A DNA stretch of 15,837 bases from Oligoflexus sp. (GCA_041736305.1 JBGSTX010000150.1:1-15837); one strand, 5' to 3'; shown: positions 1 through 8,279, counted from the stretch's first letter. Numbers and translations: made by a program. The notes: generated from the letters alone by a model not told the origin.

Positions 1-1
1 G

Positions 2-217
2 GAGGCGATTAAGCCCAAGCTTTGGGGTGAGCACTTTTGGAGTCCGAGCTACTGTGTAGTGTCGTGTGGAGGAGCTCCACTTGAAGTCGTGCGTGCCTAT
101 ATTGAAGAGCAGCGTAAGCCGTCAGAAAAAAGGCAGATTGACCAATCATTGCGCTTTACAAATGCCAGACGAAATAAGGACAAAACTTGGCGAAGACCGT
201 CAGTGGGAGGGACGTAG
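2..217 (+). CDS. tnpA: IS200/IS605-family Y1 (HUH) transposase, 3' part only (5' end outside window)
   Basis: Frame 2 translates EAIKPKLWGEHFWSPSYCVVSCGGAPLEVVRAYIEEQ...*, stop TAG at 215-217. FWSPSY...SCGGAPLEVV..YIE.Q is the characteristic TnpA C-terminus with the catalytic Tyr. Confidence 0.93.
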   Translation, partial: EAIKPKLWGEHFWSPSYCVVSCGGAPLEVVRAYIEEQRKPSEKRQIDQSLRFTNARRNKDKTWRRPSVGGT

Positions 218-223
218 CTAATA

Positions 224-259
224 AGCTGCGGTATTCGCTATCGCGAAACCTTAGCAGCT
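224..259. repeat. Imperfect hairpin downstream of tnpA (candidate IS subterminal palindrome)
   Basis: AGCTGC-GGT-a-TTCGC-tatc-GCGAA-ACC-tta-GCAGCT: three stacked stems with bulges. Confidence 0.7.
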
Positions 260-315
260 CGCCTTGACCACCCCTTAAAAGCACGAGTTTCCCTGACATT
301 TTATTTAGCTTCTAC

Positions 316-344
316 TTGAGAGGCAGCAGACCTGTCGATAGAAT
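316..344 (+). promoter_or_regulatory. Sigma70-like promoter for the ABA4-like gene
   Basis: TTGAGA (316-321), 17 bp, TAGAAT (339-344); an additional TATAAT at 350-355. Confidence 0.55.
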
Positions 345-382
345 AGCACTATAATTTGATGAGTCATTATAAGGAGATCTCA

Positions 383-817
383 ATGGAACCCGGCATGATT
401 TTCAAGATCGCCAACGTATACGCTGTGCTTTGTTGGTTGGCTCTCGTCATACGTCCTACCATGGCCCGCATTGAATTGTTGCGGCGGTTTGGGGTCTTGG
501 GGCTTGCTCTGCTGTATAGCGCTATATTGATAGGCACCTGGGGCGAAGCCGAGGGGGGGTTTTCAACCCTCGCCGAAGTAATGAAGCTCTTTACCTATGA
601 GTGGTCGGCTCTTGGAGGCTGGGTTCATTACCTGGCGTTTGACCTTTTCGTTGGCCTGAGTGTTCAAGCGCGCTTTGTCGAACGAAGCGCGTCTCAATTT
701 ATTAGAATTCCTGTTCTCTTCTTTACTTTTATGGTGGGCCCGTTCGGTTACTTGCTTTTTACCATCTGGAATATCACGCTTGGTCGAAACAAAGGTTCAG
801 ATTCCGCGAAAGGATAG
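383..817 (+). CDS. ABA4-like (DUF4281) membrane protein
   Basis: About 4 hydrophobic segments; motifs GGFSTLAEV..LF, GWVHYLAFDLFVG and FTFMVGPFGYLLF typical of DUF4281/ABA4. AAGGAG at 371-376 favours ATG 383 over 356. Confidence 0.85.
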   Translation: MEPGMIFKIANVYAVLCWLALVIRPTMARIELLRRFGVLGLALLYSAILIGTWGEAEGGFSTLAEVMKLFTYEWSALGGWVHYLAFDLFVGLSVQARFVERSASQFIRIPVLFFTFMVGPFGYLLFTIWNITLGRNKGSDSAKG

Positions 818-830
818 AGAGAGGGCTTTC

Positions 831-1552
831 GTGCTAAGGGCTATCCTGCGACCCTATTTACTTGTGATTGCGCTAAGTAATGTTGTGATCGTTCTAGCAC
901 TCGGGATAAGGGCGATGTTCAACGAAGAGTGTATAGAAGCAGCAATCCAGAGTTTTTAAGTTTAATCGTATGCATGGCTGCCTGCATAAACGTGGCAGCT
1001 GCAGTGGTAGCTGCACTTTATACCGAAGTAGCAACCCAGAGGTATATCTTCGCTCTTTATTCTGGTCCCTTCGTGGCATTAGCCGCTTTTCTTGCCCTCT
1101 CAAGAGGGAAAATACTACATTATATGCTGCTTCCCTTAGCTGTGTTTAGCTTCCTCTTTATTCCTTCTTTTGACAGTTTTAAAAAACCCCTCCATTCTTA
1201 CCCCAAGGATCTTGCTTGTCTTGACGAAATCTTCCAGAAACATTCTGTTGAAACTGGTTATAGTGGGTACTGGCCTGCAAAATATATTTCATTTCTTGGT
1301 AAAGAGAAGGTTCAGCTTAACCAAATTTTTCCCTGGGGTGGCCCGTACCGCTGGCTTACGAGCGAAAGGTGGTATGAAAATGCCCGCACAAAAAAAGGCC
1401 GCCACGATGTGATTCTTATGGATCAACTCCAGAAAGAACTGATCATAGAAAAGATTAAAGTTGATCCTGACGCTGTTGTGCGTTGTGGCCCCTACGAAGC
1501 TTGGCTCTATGCCATTCAAAAGAGGCCGGCGCTCTTGAAGCTAATTGAGTGA
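831..1552 (+). pseudogene. Truncated, probably frameshifted GT-C-like membrane protein (C-terminal part; intact ORF 929-1552)
   Basis: 929-1552 encodes TM segments (…TQRYIF…) and a soluble GYSGYWPAKYI domain, like the C-terminal half of 5297-6856 (PPRYL…GGYWSSY). A hydrophobic helix in another frame (831-~920, VLRAILRPYLLVIALSNVVIVLALGIRAMF) lies directly upstream. Confidence 0.5.
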
Positions 1553-1828
1553 GACCTGCTTGATTCTCGCTTTCAAACAAATATGTTGGGAAGGTCCTGT
1601 TAATGCAACACTTGCGCAAGCCTAGTGATGAAGTCAACTTGACCCTTGACCTTTTTACCGAGAATATGTGAATAATTCTCAATCTAAAATATTTCTATAT
1701 AAGTCTATTACATGGAATATCTATTCGTGTCATTATAACACCCCATGCTCCGCTCTTCACTTTCGTTTTTAAAATGATTAGCTCACATACGTGAAATGGC
1801 CGATGAGTGAATCAAGATAGGAACTGCA

Positions 1829-3730
1829 ATGCTCGTGCGCAAAGAAAAAAATATGGTCTTGGCTGCCTTGCTAATGCTTACCTTCGTTATACTGATTCGT
1901 ACAGCTTGGATTAGTGACGATGCAGCCATAACTCTGAGAACTGTGCTTAACTTCATCAACGGTTATGGGCCGACATTTAATGTCGACGAGAGAGTGCAGG
2001 CTTATACTCATCCTTTGTGGTTCCTGCTTCTCTCTGGCTTCTCATGGCTAAGCGGTAATGTCTTCTATACGAACATCGCATTGTCTATTTTCATTTCTTT
2101 AGCTGTAATTTGCATGTTTTTTGCTGTCTTCCCAAGGGATCTCAAAGGCGCTCTACTCGGCACAAGTATTTTGATTTTTTCCAAATCTTTTACAGATTTT
2201 TCCACGTCTGGCTTAGAAAATCCTCTTTCCCATATTTTGATTCTCACGGTTTTTGCATTTGCCGTTAAAGCGTTCGAGGCGCCGCAGAAGCGATATCTTT
2301 TCGGGGTTTTATTGTCTGCCGCTTTTCTCTATCTCAGCCGGCCTGATCTTCTGCTTCTCATCTGTCCAATCGTTATCTTAGTTTTTGCCAGATACCGGCA
2401 ACAACCCAGAGTGGTCCTGTCAGCCGCGCTAATCGGAGCCATACCTGTTGTTCTGTGGTCAGGCTTTTCTCTTTACTATTACGGCTTCCCCTTCCCAAAC
2501 ACAGCCTATGCAAAGCTTGGTACTGGCATCCCGCTTCTTGAGAGGATTGCACAGGGCCTATTCTACCTTTTCGATAGCTTAGATCGCGACCCCTTAACTC
2601 TAGCCGCAATATTTGCAGGACTTCTGATTGGTTTTCGCTCGTCGGCCTTCAATCGAGGCTTGGCTGCAGGTACTGCACTATATCTTGCCTATGTCGTGAG
2701 CATCGGTGGAGATTTTATGTCTGGTCGCTTTTTAACCGCCCCGCTGCTCACTTCGGCACTTATAATTGCGACGCACATTTTTCCTAAGTTTGAATATAAG
2801 GTAATGGCTGCGGCAGTATCTATTTTCGTAGGCATAGGTCTCAAATCAACACTTTTCAGTGATTCGACTTACAATCAGCGCTCTATATCCCAAAGAGGGA
2901 TCGCTGATGAGCGCGGGTTTTGGTTGCAAAACTACGGTTTATTAACAAGTCCTCGGGAACTGTTTGCGAACAAACAATGGGTGGTGAATCATAAGTCAGT
3001 CGCCGTCACGTGTGGCGGACTTGGTTTTGCAAGTATTTCAGCAGGCCCCGGCCGCCACTTTATCGATGATTGCGCACTTGCAGATCCCCTTCTAGCTCGC
3101 CTCCCGGCCCGCTATTCTCCTGACTGGCGAATTGGGCACTTTAATCGACAGTTACCAGCCAACTATCTTGCGAGTGTAGAAAAGCAAGAGAACCTGCTCA
3201 GTGATCCTATTACCAAAGAATTCTATGATTCAATTTTGAAAATTACTCGCGGCGAGCTCAACGCTCCAGGCAGATGGGCAGAAATTCTTAGATTGAACTT
3301 AGGAAAGACCAAATCACCCAACTGGGACTTGTACAGATTCGGTCCAGTCTTAGATGAACCATCTGTAAAAGTGGGACTCGACAGACTCGATCGTCAAGTA
3401 ATAGACGGGGCATGGGACGCACCGGGAAATGTCCAGTTTCCGCTTGCACTTGAGGTAAGGTTCAAAGAGCCTATCTCTATTGATCTGCTCGATATATCCG
3501 TCGACAGCAATGATGTCTATTTCGTGGGAGGCTTTGCCAAGGACCACTATGTACATTTCTTTGAGATTTCATCTCAACTTGGAAGAATAGGTATGCATCG
3601 CGTCGTTAAACGTCTGGATAAGCCAAGCCCAGCAATCGACAGAATAGTGATTAAAGCCATCGAAGGGGACGGAAGATACTCTCTGGGTCACCTCAAACTA
3701 GGAACATCAGTTCGTCCGGGAAACTCATAA
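1829..3730 (+). CDS. AftB-like (GT89-type, GT-C fold) arabinofuranosyltransferase homolog with an extra C-terminal soluble domain
   Basis: AWISDDAAITLRTVLNFINGYGPTFNVDERVQAYTHPLW resembles the AftB DD loop. Also DFSTSGLENPL, SRPD, YYGFPFPNTAYAK, GGDFMSGRFL, GIADERGFW, D.CALADPLLAR and RIGH; many TM segments. Confidence 0.82.
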   Translation: MLVRKEKNMVLAALLMLTFVILIRTAWISDDAAITLRTVLNFINGYGPTFNVDERVQAYTHPLWFLLLSGFSWLSGNVFYTNIALSIFISLAVICMFFAVFPRDLKGALLGTSILIFSKSFTDFSTSGLENPLSHILILTVFAFAVKAFEAPQKRYLFGVLLSAAFLYLSRPDLLLLICPIVILVFARYRQQPRVVLSAALIGAIPVVLWSGFSLYYYGFPFPNTAYAKLGTGIPLLERIAQGLFYLFDSLDRDPLTLAAIFAGLLIGFRSSAFNRGLAAGTALYLAYVVSIGGDFMSGRFLTAPLLTSALIIATHIFPKFEYKVMAAAVSIFVGIGLKSTLFSDSTYNQRSISQRGIADERGFWLQNYGLLTSPRELFANKQWVVNHKSVAVTCGGLGFASISAGPGRHFIDDCALADPLLARLPARYSPDWRIGHFNRQLPANYLASVEKQENLLSDPITKEFYDSILKITRGELNAPGRWAEILRLNLGKTKSPNWDLYRFGPVLDEPSVKVGLDRLDRQVIDGAWDAPGNVQFPLALEVRFKEPISIDLLDISVDSNDVYFVGGFAKDHYVHFFEISSQLGRIGMHRVVKRLDKPSPAIDRIVIKAIEGDGRYSLGHLKLGTSVRPGNS

Positions 3731-3778
3731 GGCCAGAGATGTCGCACTAATCGAAACAAGGCGAGGAAGAAGTCAGAG

Positions 3779-5260
3779 ATGCACCGAAGTTTAGAAAGAT
3801 TAATCCTTTTAGCCCTCTTATCAGCATCTGTCATTATGGCTGGATTTGTCATTTACCGGGGATACACTAAGGGAGATACTCCTCCTGTTGGAGATGAAGC
3901 ACATTATTTAGTTATAACTCGGAGCCTGCTTGATGACGGTGATATTTTCGTAGCTAACAATTATTTGGTTGAGCAAAAGGAAAATCGCATCGTTACACCC
4001 TATCCATTTGGTCCCGTTGGCGAAGATGGGCATATGATAGGTAAGGCAAGCATTCACTTCCCGGGGGTTTCTCTTCTCGCAGCCCCGGCCTTCGCAATAG
4101 AATCAAAAACTCTTCATGTCCGCATCTTTTTTGCAGTTTTGGTAACGGCAATTTTTTCACTTGCCACTTTTGGATTTGCGCGGCTCTTTGGGATCGAGCT
4201 CATAGCAAGCGCAGGTCTCGGCTTTATTCCTATCTTTGCTGCTCCATTTCTAACCAGCTCTCACATGATATTTCCTGATTTTATCTCAGGTGCCTTTATC
4301 TATTTGGTTGTTTATGAAACCTTTCATCGCATCATTCGTGGAAGATCGCCTGCCTGGCTGCACGTTTTAGCTCTTTTTTGTCTGGCTTACTTGCCCTGGC
4401 TCCACCTTAAAAACCTGCTGCCCATGTTTATTTTAGCCGCCGGTTCGGTCTTTTTACCTTGCTGGAAAAACGAAACCTCTCGCTCAAACTTGAAGTTTCA
4501 AAACCTCATTCCTATCTTGCTTGCTTTTTTAAGTCTTGTAGGTATTGGACTGTTCAACGACTATGCCTTCGATCGATGGCAGGGCCCCTATAAGGAAAAC
4601 TCGGTCTTTGCTTCAAGCCTTGAATGGCCTCTAACAGTTTTTTTTGGCTTGCACATAGACCGCGTACAAGGGATGTTCGTACAAAACCCCTGGTTCATCT
4701 TTGGCCTCTTAGGTCTCCCTCTTTTTCTACGAAAGAGCTTCTTGCCGGCTGCCTGGGTCAGCTTGCTCTATCTTTCTGTTATCGTTCCCAACGCTCTACA
4801 TCCTTGTTGGTACGGATGCTTCACTTATTTCGGGCGTTTTTGGTGGACTGTCGGACCTCTCTGGATCATTCCTGCTGTTTACCTCATCTCTTCCCTCGGA
4901 TCGATTCAGAAGCCTTTCATTCTCGGTTCAGCGTTGTTCAGTCTGAGTTGGCAGCTGCTACTCTCCGAGGTTTGGTACAAAGATAAGCTCTGGAATATGA
5001 TGTGGGCGCGCCGTGATGGTCATGTCAATCGCTTGGTTCCAGAATCTTGGCTTCCGTATTTGCCCGATTTTGGAGACGCCGTGAGCGCCGCAAGCTTTTG
5101 GCCAAACTGGGCTGGAGTTGCCTTTTTGGTAGGAGTTTTATTTGCTGGCATCTGTCTAACTTTTTTAGAGCAGTTTAAATTTTTACGTGACCCGTTTTGT
5201 TTGAAGCTGGGCTTTTTAGTGCCTCAAGTTCACAACTATCGAAGGCAGACCCAGGATTGA
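3779..5260 (+). CDS. Polytopic membrane protein, putative GT-C glycosyltransferase
   Basis: First TM followed by an acidic loop GDEAHYLVITRSLLDDGDI, then HFPGVSLL, IFPDF, LPWLHLK, GMFVQNPW and GRFW; about 11-13 hydrophobic segments; GAGGA upstream; 48 bp after the previous gene. Confidence 0.68.
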   Translation: MHRSLERLILLALLSASVIMAGFVIYRGYTKGDTPPVGDEAHYLVITRSLLDDGDIFVANNYLVEQKENRIVTPYPFGPVGEDGHMIGKASIHFPGVSLLAAPAFAIESKTLHVRIFFAVLVTAIFSLATFGFARLFGIELIASAGLGFIPIFAAPFLTSSHMIFPDFISGAFIYLVVYETFHRIIRGRSPAWLHVLALFCLAYLPWLHLKNLLPMFILAAGSVFLPCWKNETSRSNLKFQNLIPILLAFLSLVGIGLFNDYAFDRWQGPYKENSVFASSLEWPLTVFFGLHIDRVQGMFVQNPWFIFGLLGLPLFLRKSFLPAAWVSLLYLSVIVPNALHPCWYGCFTYFGRFWWTVGPLWIIPAVYLISSLGSIQKPFILGSALFSLSWQLLLSEVWYKDKLWNMMWARRDGHVNRLVPESWLPYLPDFGDAVSAASFWPNWAGVAFLVGVLFAGICLTFLEQFKFLRDPFCLKLGFLVPQVHNYRRQTQD

Positions 5261-5296
5261 GCTGAGGGCAGCCATTGTCAGCTCGATATAAAATGC

Positions 5297-6856
5297 TCAA
5301 AATCCTCTCAGAATCGGCTTGATGCCAATTCGCTTAGCTTCCTTGTAAACTGAAACCTTACACTGATCGAATATCAACGCGTTTGCGCGCTCTATCGCCC
5401 AAGACCTACCATATTCCTTCAGCGTACTAGGTGCGTCTCCACCATGACAGTAAAGGATCTGATGGGCCTCTCTATAGTGTTCAATATTCCGAAACTCCCG
5501 CATAAGTTGATCCTGGGTCGGCACAGCTCGAAGGCTAGGTTCCAGGCCTTGCCATATATAACTGCTCCAATAGCCGCCAAGGATAACAGTGGGGCCTAAG
5601 TCTGCTATAGATGCTGCAGACTTCTGAAGGGTTTTAAACGAAGTCCATCGCTGTTTTATAGCGTCCCTCTGGAGGTAAGAAAAGGAAGCTAGAAGAAGTA
5701 TAGAAGTTAATCCTGAAAGTAATTCTGATCTACCTAGAAGATTGCGTTCGATTGGGATCTTTTTGCTCAGAATATGAACCAAGTGATAGCTCATCAAAGA
5801 ACCAACATAAAAACAGATAACTATTCCAGCCGTCAGATATCGAGGCGGATACTCATTTAGCTTGACCCAGACTGAAGCTGAAACAAATACTAGATTTATA
5901 AACGCTCCTATCATAATTCCAATGAGGCCGAGCGTAGCGGGGTTGTCCGCAATTTTCTTTGCAAGTTCACTTGGCTTTCGGCAGCAAAAAGCTGCGTAGG
6001 TCAGAGAAAAAATAGCCACTATAGTGGCAGGAATCACTGAACTTTCAGCGATAAAATTGTGAAGGATCTTCCCTATGGCTCCATTCTCGATTTGAGAAAA
6101 GTCGAGCACCATCAGTGTTTGGACATTCTTGGTCGTGACCTCTGGATACATCGGTAAAAACTCAGTATGCATCCAGTTGAGGAAGTAATTATTTACTGAT
6201 CTCTCTATGAAAAATCCGATCAGGGGCGCAGTAAGACAAAGAATCTCTTTCAAGAGCTGAGCAAAATCTATTCGAATGTTCTTAAGGTATCTTAGGCGAG
6301 AAATAAACAAAAGGGCCTCAGCAGGCGCCAAATAGAAGACACTGGTCGGAGATATCCAACATGCACAGGCTGCTAGAAAAATTTTCAGCACAAAAGGTGC
6401 GCTTCGAATTGTATAGGCGTAAATGAAAGCTATCATGAATTGCAGGAGATATGGTTGGGGCATAGAGAATAAATTTTTGTGGATCGTACCGTCTGACAAT
6501 AAGAGTAAACTGAAGACGGTGAAGATAAACCATCGCGCTCTAGTGCTGTATAGCCTTTTTGTAAAAAGATGAATAACATAGAAAAACAGGCCGGATCGGA
6601 TAAGAAAATCCGGAATGTGAGGATGTGAAAATAGCCGTGCTACAATCTTAGACAGGAAAACTACACACGAGCCAAGCCTGTTTTGACCATAATAATAAAT
6701 GTCAAAAGGAGTCATTTTGCTTGAATTGGCCATCATCCAAGCAATGGCGGTATCCGAGTTAAACCCGTTTGGTGGTTCCCCAAGCGGACCATAAAATAGA
6801 AAGATAAAAAGTGCGGCTACAACCCAGGGTGCATGGGACAAAAGGCGCTTGGTCAC
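5297..6856 (-). CDS. Polytopic membrane protein, putative GT-C glycosyltransferase
   Basis: N-terminal TM, then FNSDTAIAWMMA…YYYGQNRLGS loop; multiple TMs; PPRYL; C-terminal soluble domain with GGYWSSY; GTG start. Confidence 0.62.
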   Translation of the reverse strand: MTKRLLSHAPWVVAALFIFLFYGPLGEPPNGFNSDTAIAWMMANSSKMTPFDIYYYGQNRLGSCVVFLSKIVARLFSHPHIPDFLIRSGLFFYVIHLFTKRLYSTRARWFIFTVFSLLLLSDGTIHKNLFSMPQPYLLQFMIAFIYAYTIRSAPFVLKIFLAACACWISPTSVFYLAPAEALLFISRLRYLKNIRIDFAQLLKEILCLTAPLIGFFIERSVNNYFLNWMHTEFLPMYPEVTTKNVQTLMVLDFSQIENGAIGKILHNFIAESSVIPATIVAIFSLTYAAFCCRKPSELAKKIADNPATLGLIGIMIGAFINLVFVSASVWVKLNEYPPRYLTAGIVICFYVGSLMSYHLVHILSKKIPIERNLLGRSELLSGLTSILLLASFSYLQRDAIKQRWTSFKTLQKSAASIADLGPTVILGGYWSSYIWQGLEPSLRAVPTQDQLMREFRNIEHYREAHQILYCHGGDAPSTLKEYGRSWAIERANALIFDQCKVSVYKEAKRIGIKPILRGF

Positions 6857-7166
6857 TGCTAGTCTCTCTTTCTCAGATGCACTCAGTAGCCGCTTCGACT
6901 ATATAAATATTGATGCAAGTAAAATAAGTTACAGCCGCCTCTACAAAAATCAATTGGTTTCTATCGAGTAAGTCTGTCAACAGCTGCAAATCAATCATAT
7001 CGGCTGTCGTGAAGCGATACGACCTGCATTCGGAGGCTTTGGAGCACCTGTGCTTCTTGTTGCAGAGCGTTTGGACGGCGAACGAGCTTTCAAGGTGACA
7101 TCCCTACGCATTCCTCATATTCTTTAGGTAAGTGAAAATGAAATTTTCATAGGGAAGGGGAGCTCC

Positions 7167-7757
7167 TTGGAAATTACCGGCAGCCAGCCATTTGATCTGA
7201 GGAGTACTGATCCTAACTCTGGACCAGAGACGGAGGACGCTCAGAGAAGCTCCCCACTTCAGTTGCTGATCACTCGGCCGGCGGAATTGGATCTGTGTCC
7301 TTTCTGGGTTGGACTATATAAGTCGGGATCTGCGGCACCCCAAAATCTTTTTGAGATTCCCTCGATCGAAGGCATTTTCCATATGCTGAATGAGCAGGGC
7401 CTTAAAGATAGACAGCCGCTTATGTTGTCAGAAAACACGCTTGGCAAAACGCCTAGGCAGTTTTATCTAGTTCCTGAGGCTATTTGCCATGATCAGCCGG
7501 AGCGAGTTCGTGAATTGATCGTTTCAACTCTCGAAGCCCTTAACCCCCTTAAGGCGGGTCTCTACTTTGCGAACTCTCGCCTTGGATCCAAATTTGTCAT
7601 CGGGATGCTAGAAGAATTAGTTCTTGCTCTGTCGTTCCTTCGAACGAAGGAACTGCATCTTTACACAGGTGATATCGGCGTCAACCCTCTTGTGAATGCG
7701 GCACTTCGAGTAAAAGCCCGCTTAGAAGGACACCGCGAAGTTTTTGTTTATCATTAA
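7167..7757 (+). CDS. Hypothetical soluble protein (196 aa)
   Basis: Long ORF filling the gap, purine-rich RBS-like GGGAAGGGGAG before the TTG start, globular alpha/beta-like composition; family not recognised. Confidence 0.7.
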   Translation: MEITGSQPFDLRSTDPNSGPETEDAQRSSPLQLLITRPAELDLCPFWVGLYKSGSAAPQNLFEIPSIEGIFHMLNEQGLKDRQPLMLSENTLGKTPRQFYLVPEAICHDQPERVRELIVSTLEALNPLKAGLYFANSRLGSKFVIGMLEELVLALSFLRTKELHLYTGDIGVNPLVNAALRVKARLEGHREVFVYH

Positions 7758-7776
7758 ACCAAAACGATCGAGATTG

Positions 7777-7861
7777 AAAATGGCCTAGATGAGCTGTTCA
7801 AAAAATGAACAAAAAAGAGGAGGCTGTTAAAAAAACGCCTCACTTTCATCTGGTCCATTTT
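7777..7861. other. Nested inverted repeats forming a three-way-junction-like structure
   Basis: Outer stem AAAATGGCCTAGATGA (7777-7792) / TCATCTGGTCCATTTT (7846-7861) encloses TGTTCA-A5-TGAACA (7795-7811) and GAGGC-t-GTT-A5-AAC-GCCTC (7820-7841). Confidence 0.55.
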
Positions 7862-7974
7862 GAATTATGCAATTTTATTCAATTACGACATTAATTATAG
7901 TTATTTGCGCTTGAGGGTGGGTTCCAAGATCTCTTTTATAGTTTCTTTAAAAAATTTTTTGGAAAGCCTGAAAA

Positions 7975-8015
7975 AAACTTATCCACAGATTTCGCTAGAG
8001 AGTGTGGATAAGTTT
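7975..8015. promoter_or_regulatory. 13-bp perfect inverted repeat containing two consensus DnaA boxes; also terminator-like on the minus strand
   Basis: AAACTTATCCACA (7975-7987), 15 bp, TGTGGATAAGTTT (8003-8015). TTATCCACA at 7979-7987 (+) and 8003-8011 (-). On the minus strand the stem runs into T7. Confidence 0.65.
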
Positions 8016-8160
8016 GCAAAACCCCGTGATACATAGGCTTTGCGAAAAGCATGCTCCCTGAATCTCACATAACGTAAAAACGCCAGCTCGAAACCGAATG
8101 GCTCGTTGTTCATGCATGAGATTTTTTAAGGATATTTTGGAGCTTAAAAAAGAGGAGGAA

Positions 8161-8247
8161 CGGAAAGGGAGGGATTCGAACCCTCGGACCAGTTACCCAG
8201 TCGCGTCCTTAGCAAGGACGTGCATTCGGCCACTCTGCCACCTTTCC
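8161..8247 (-). tRNA. tRNA-Ser(GCT)
   Basis: Reverse complement GGAAAGG TGGCAGAGTGGCCGAATGC…CGTCC-TTGCTAA-GGACG, long variable arm, GAGGG-TTCGAAT-CCCTC, CCTTTCC-G; 87 nt; CCA not encoded. Confidence 0.96.
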
Positions 8248-8279
8248 ACACAAATTTTCTCTCGAGACCGCGATCAAAA

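Larger units (their letters stand above)
1..300 (+). mobile_element. End of an IS200/IS605-family element (exact boundary uncertain)
   Basis: tnpA 3' end followed by an imperfect hairpin at 224-259. These elements use subterminal hairpins rather than terminal inverted repeats. Confidence 0.7.

Noticed and set aside
343-369. CIRCE-like ATAGCACTA-N9-GAGTCATTA
   Set aside because: Five mismatches to TTAGCACTC-N9-GAGTGCTAA, and the downstream gene is not a chaperone.
2489-7159. KOPS-like GGGNAGGG octamers (minus strand 2489-2496, plus strand 7152-7159)
   Set aside because: Only two noticed, in opposite orientations; uninformative.
7786-7850. Hammerhead ribozyme reading of the three-way junction
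   Set aside because: The CUGAnGA and GAAA core is not correctly present on either strand.
7882-7912. Possible dif site (minus strand GCGCAAATAA-CTATAA-TTAATGTCG)
   Set aside because: The XerD arm does not match TTATGTTAAAT in register; likely chance in AT-rich DNA.
7860-8015. Calling this region oriC
   Set aside because: Only two DnaA boxes are evident, there is no dnaA/dnaN/gidA context, and strand composition to the right looks lagging-like on the + strand.
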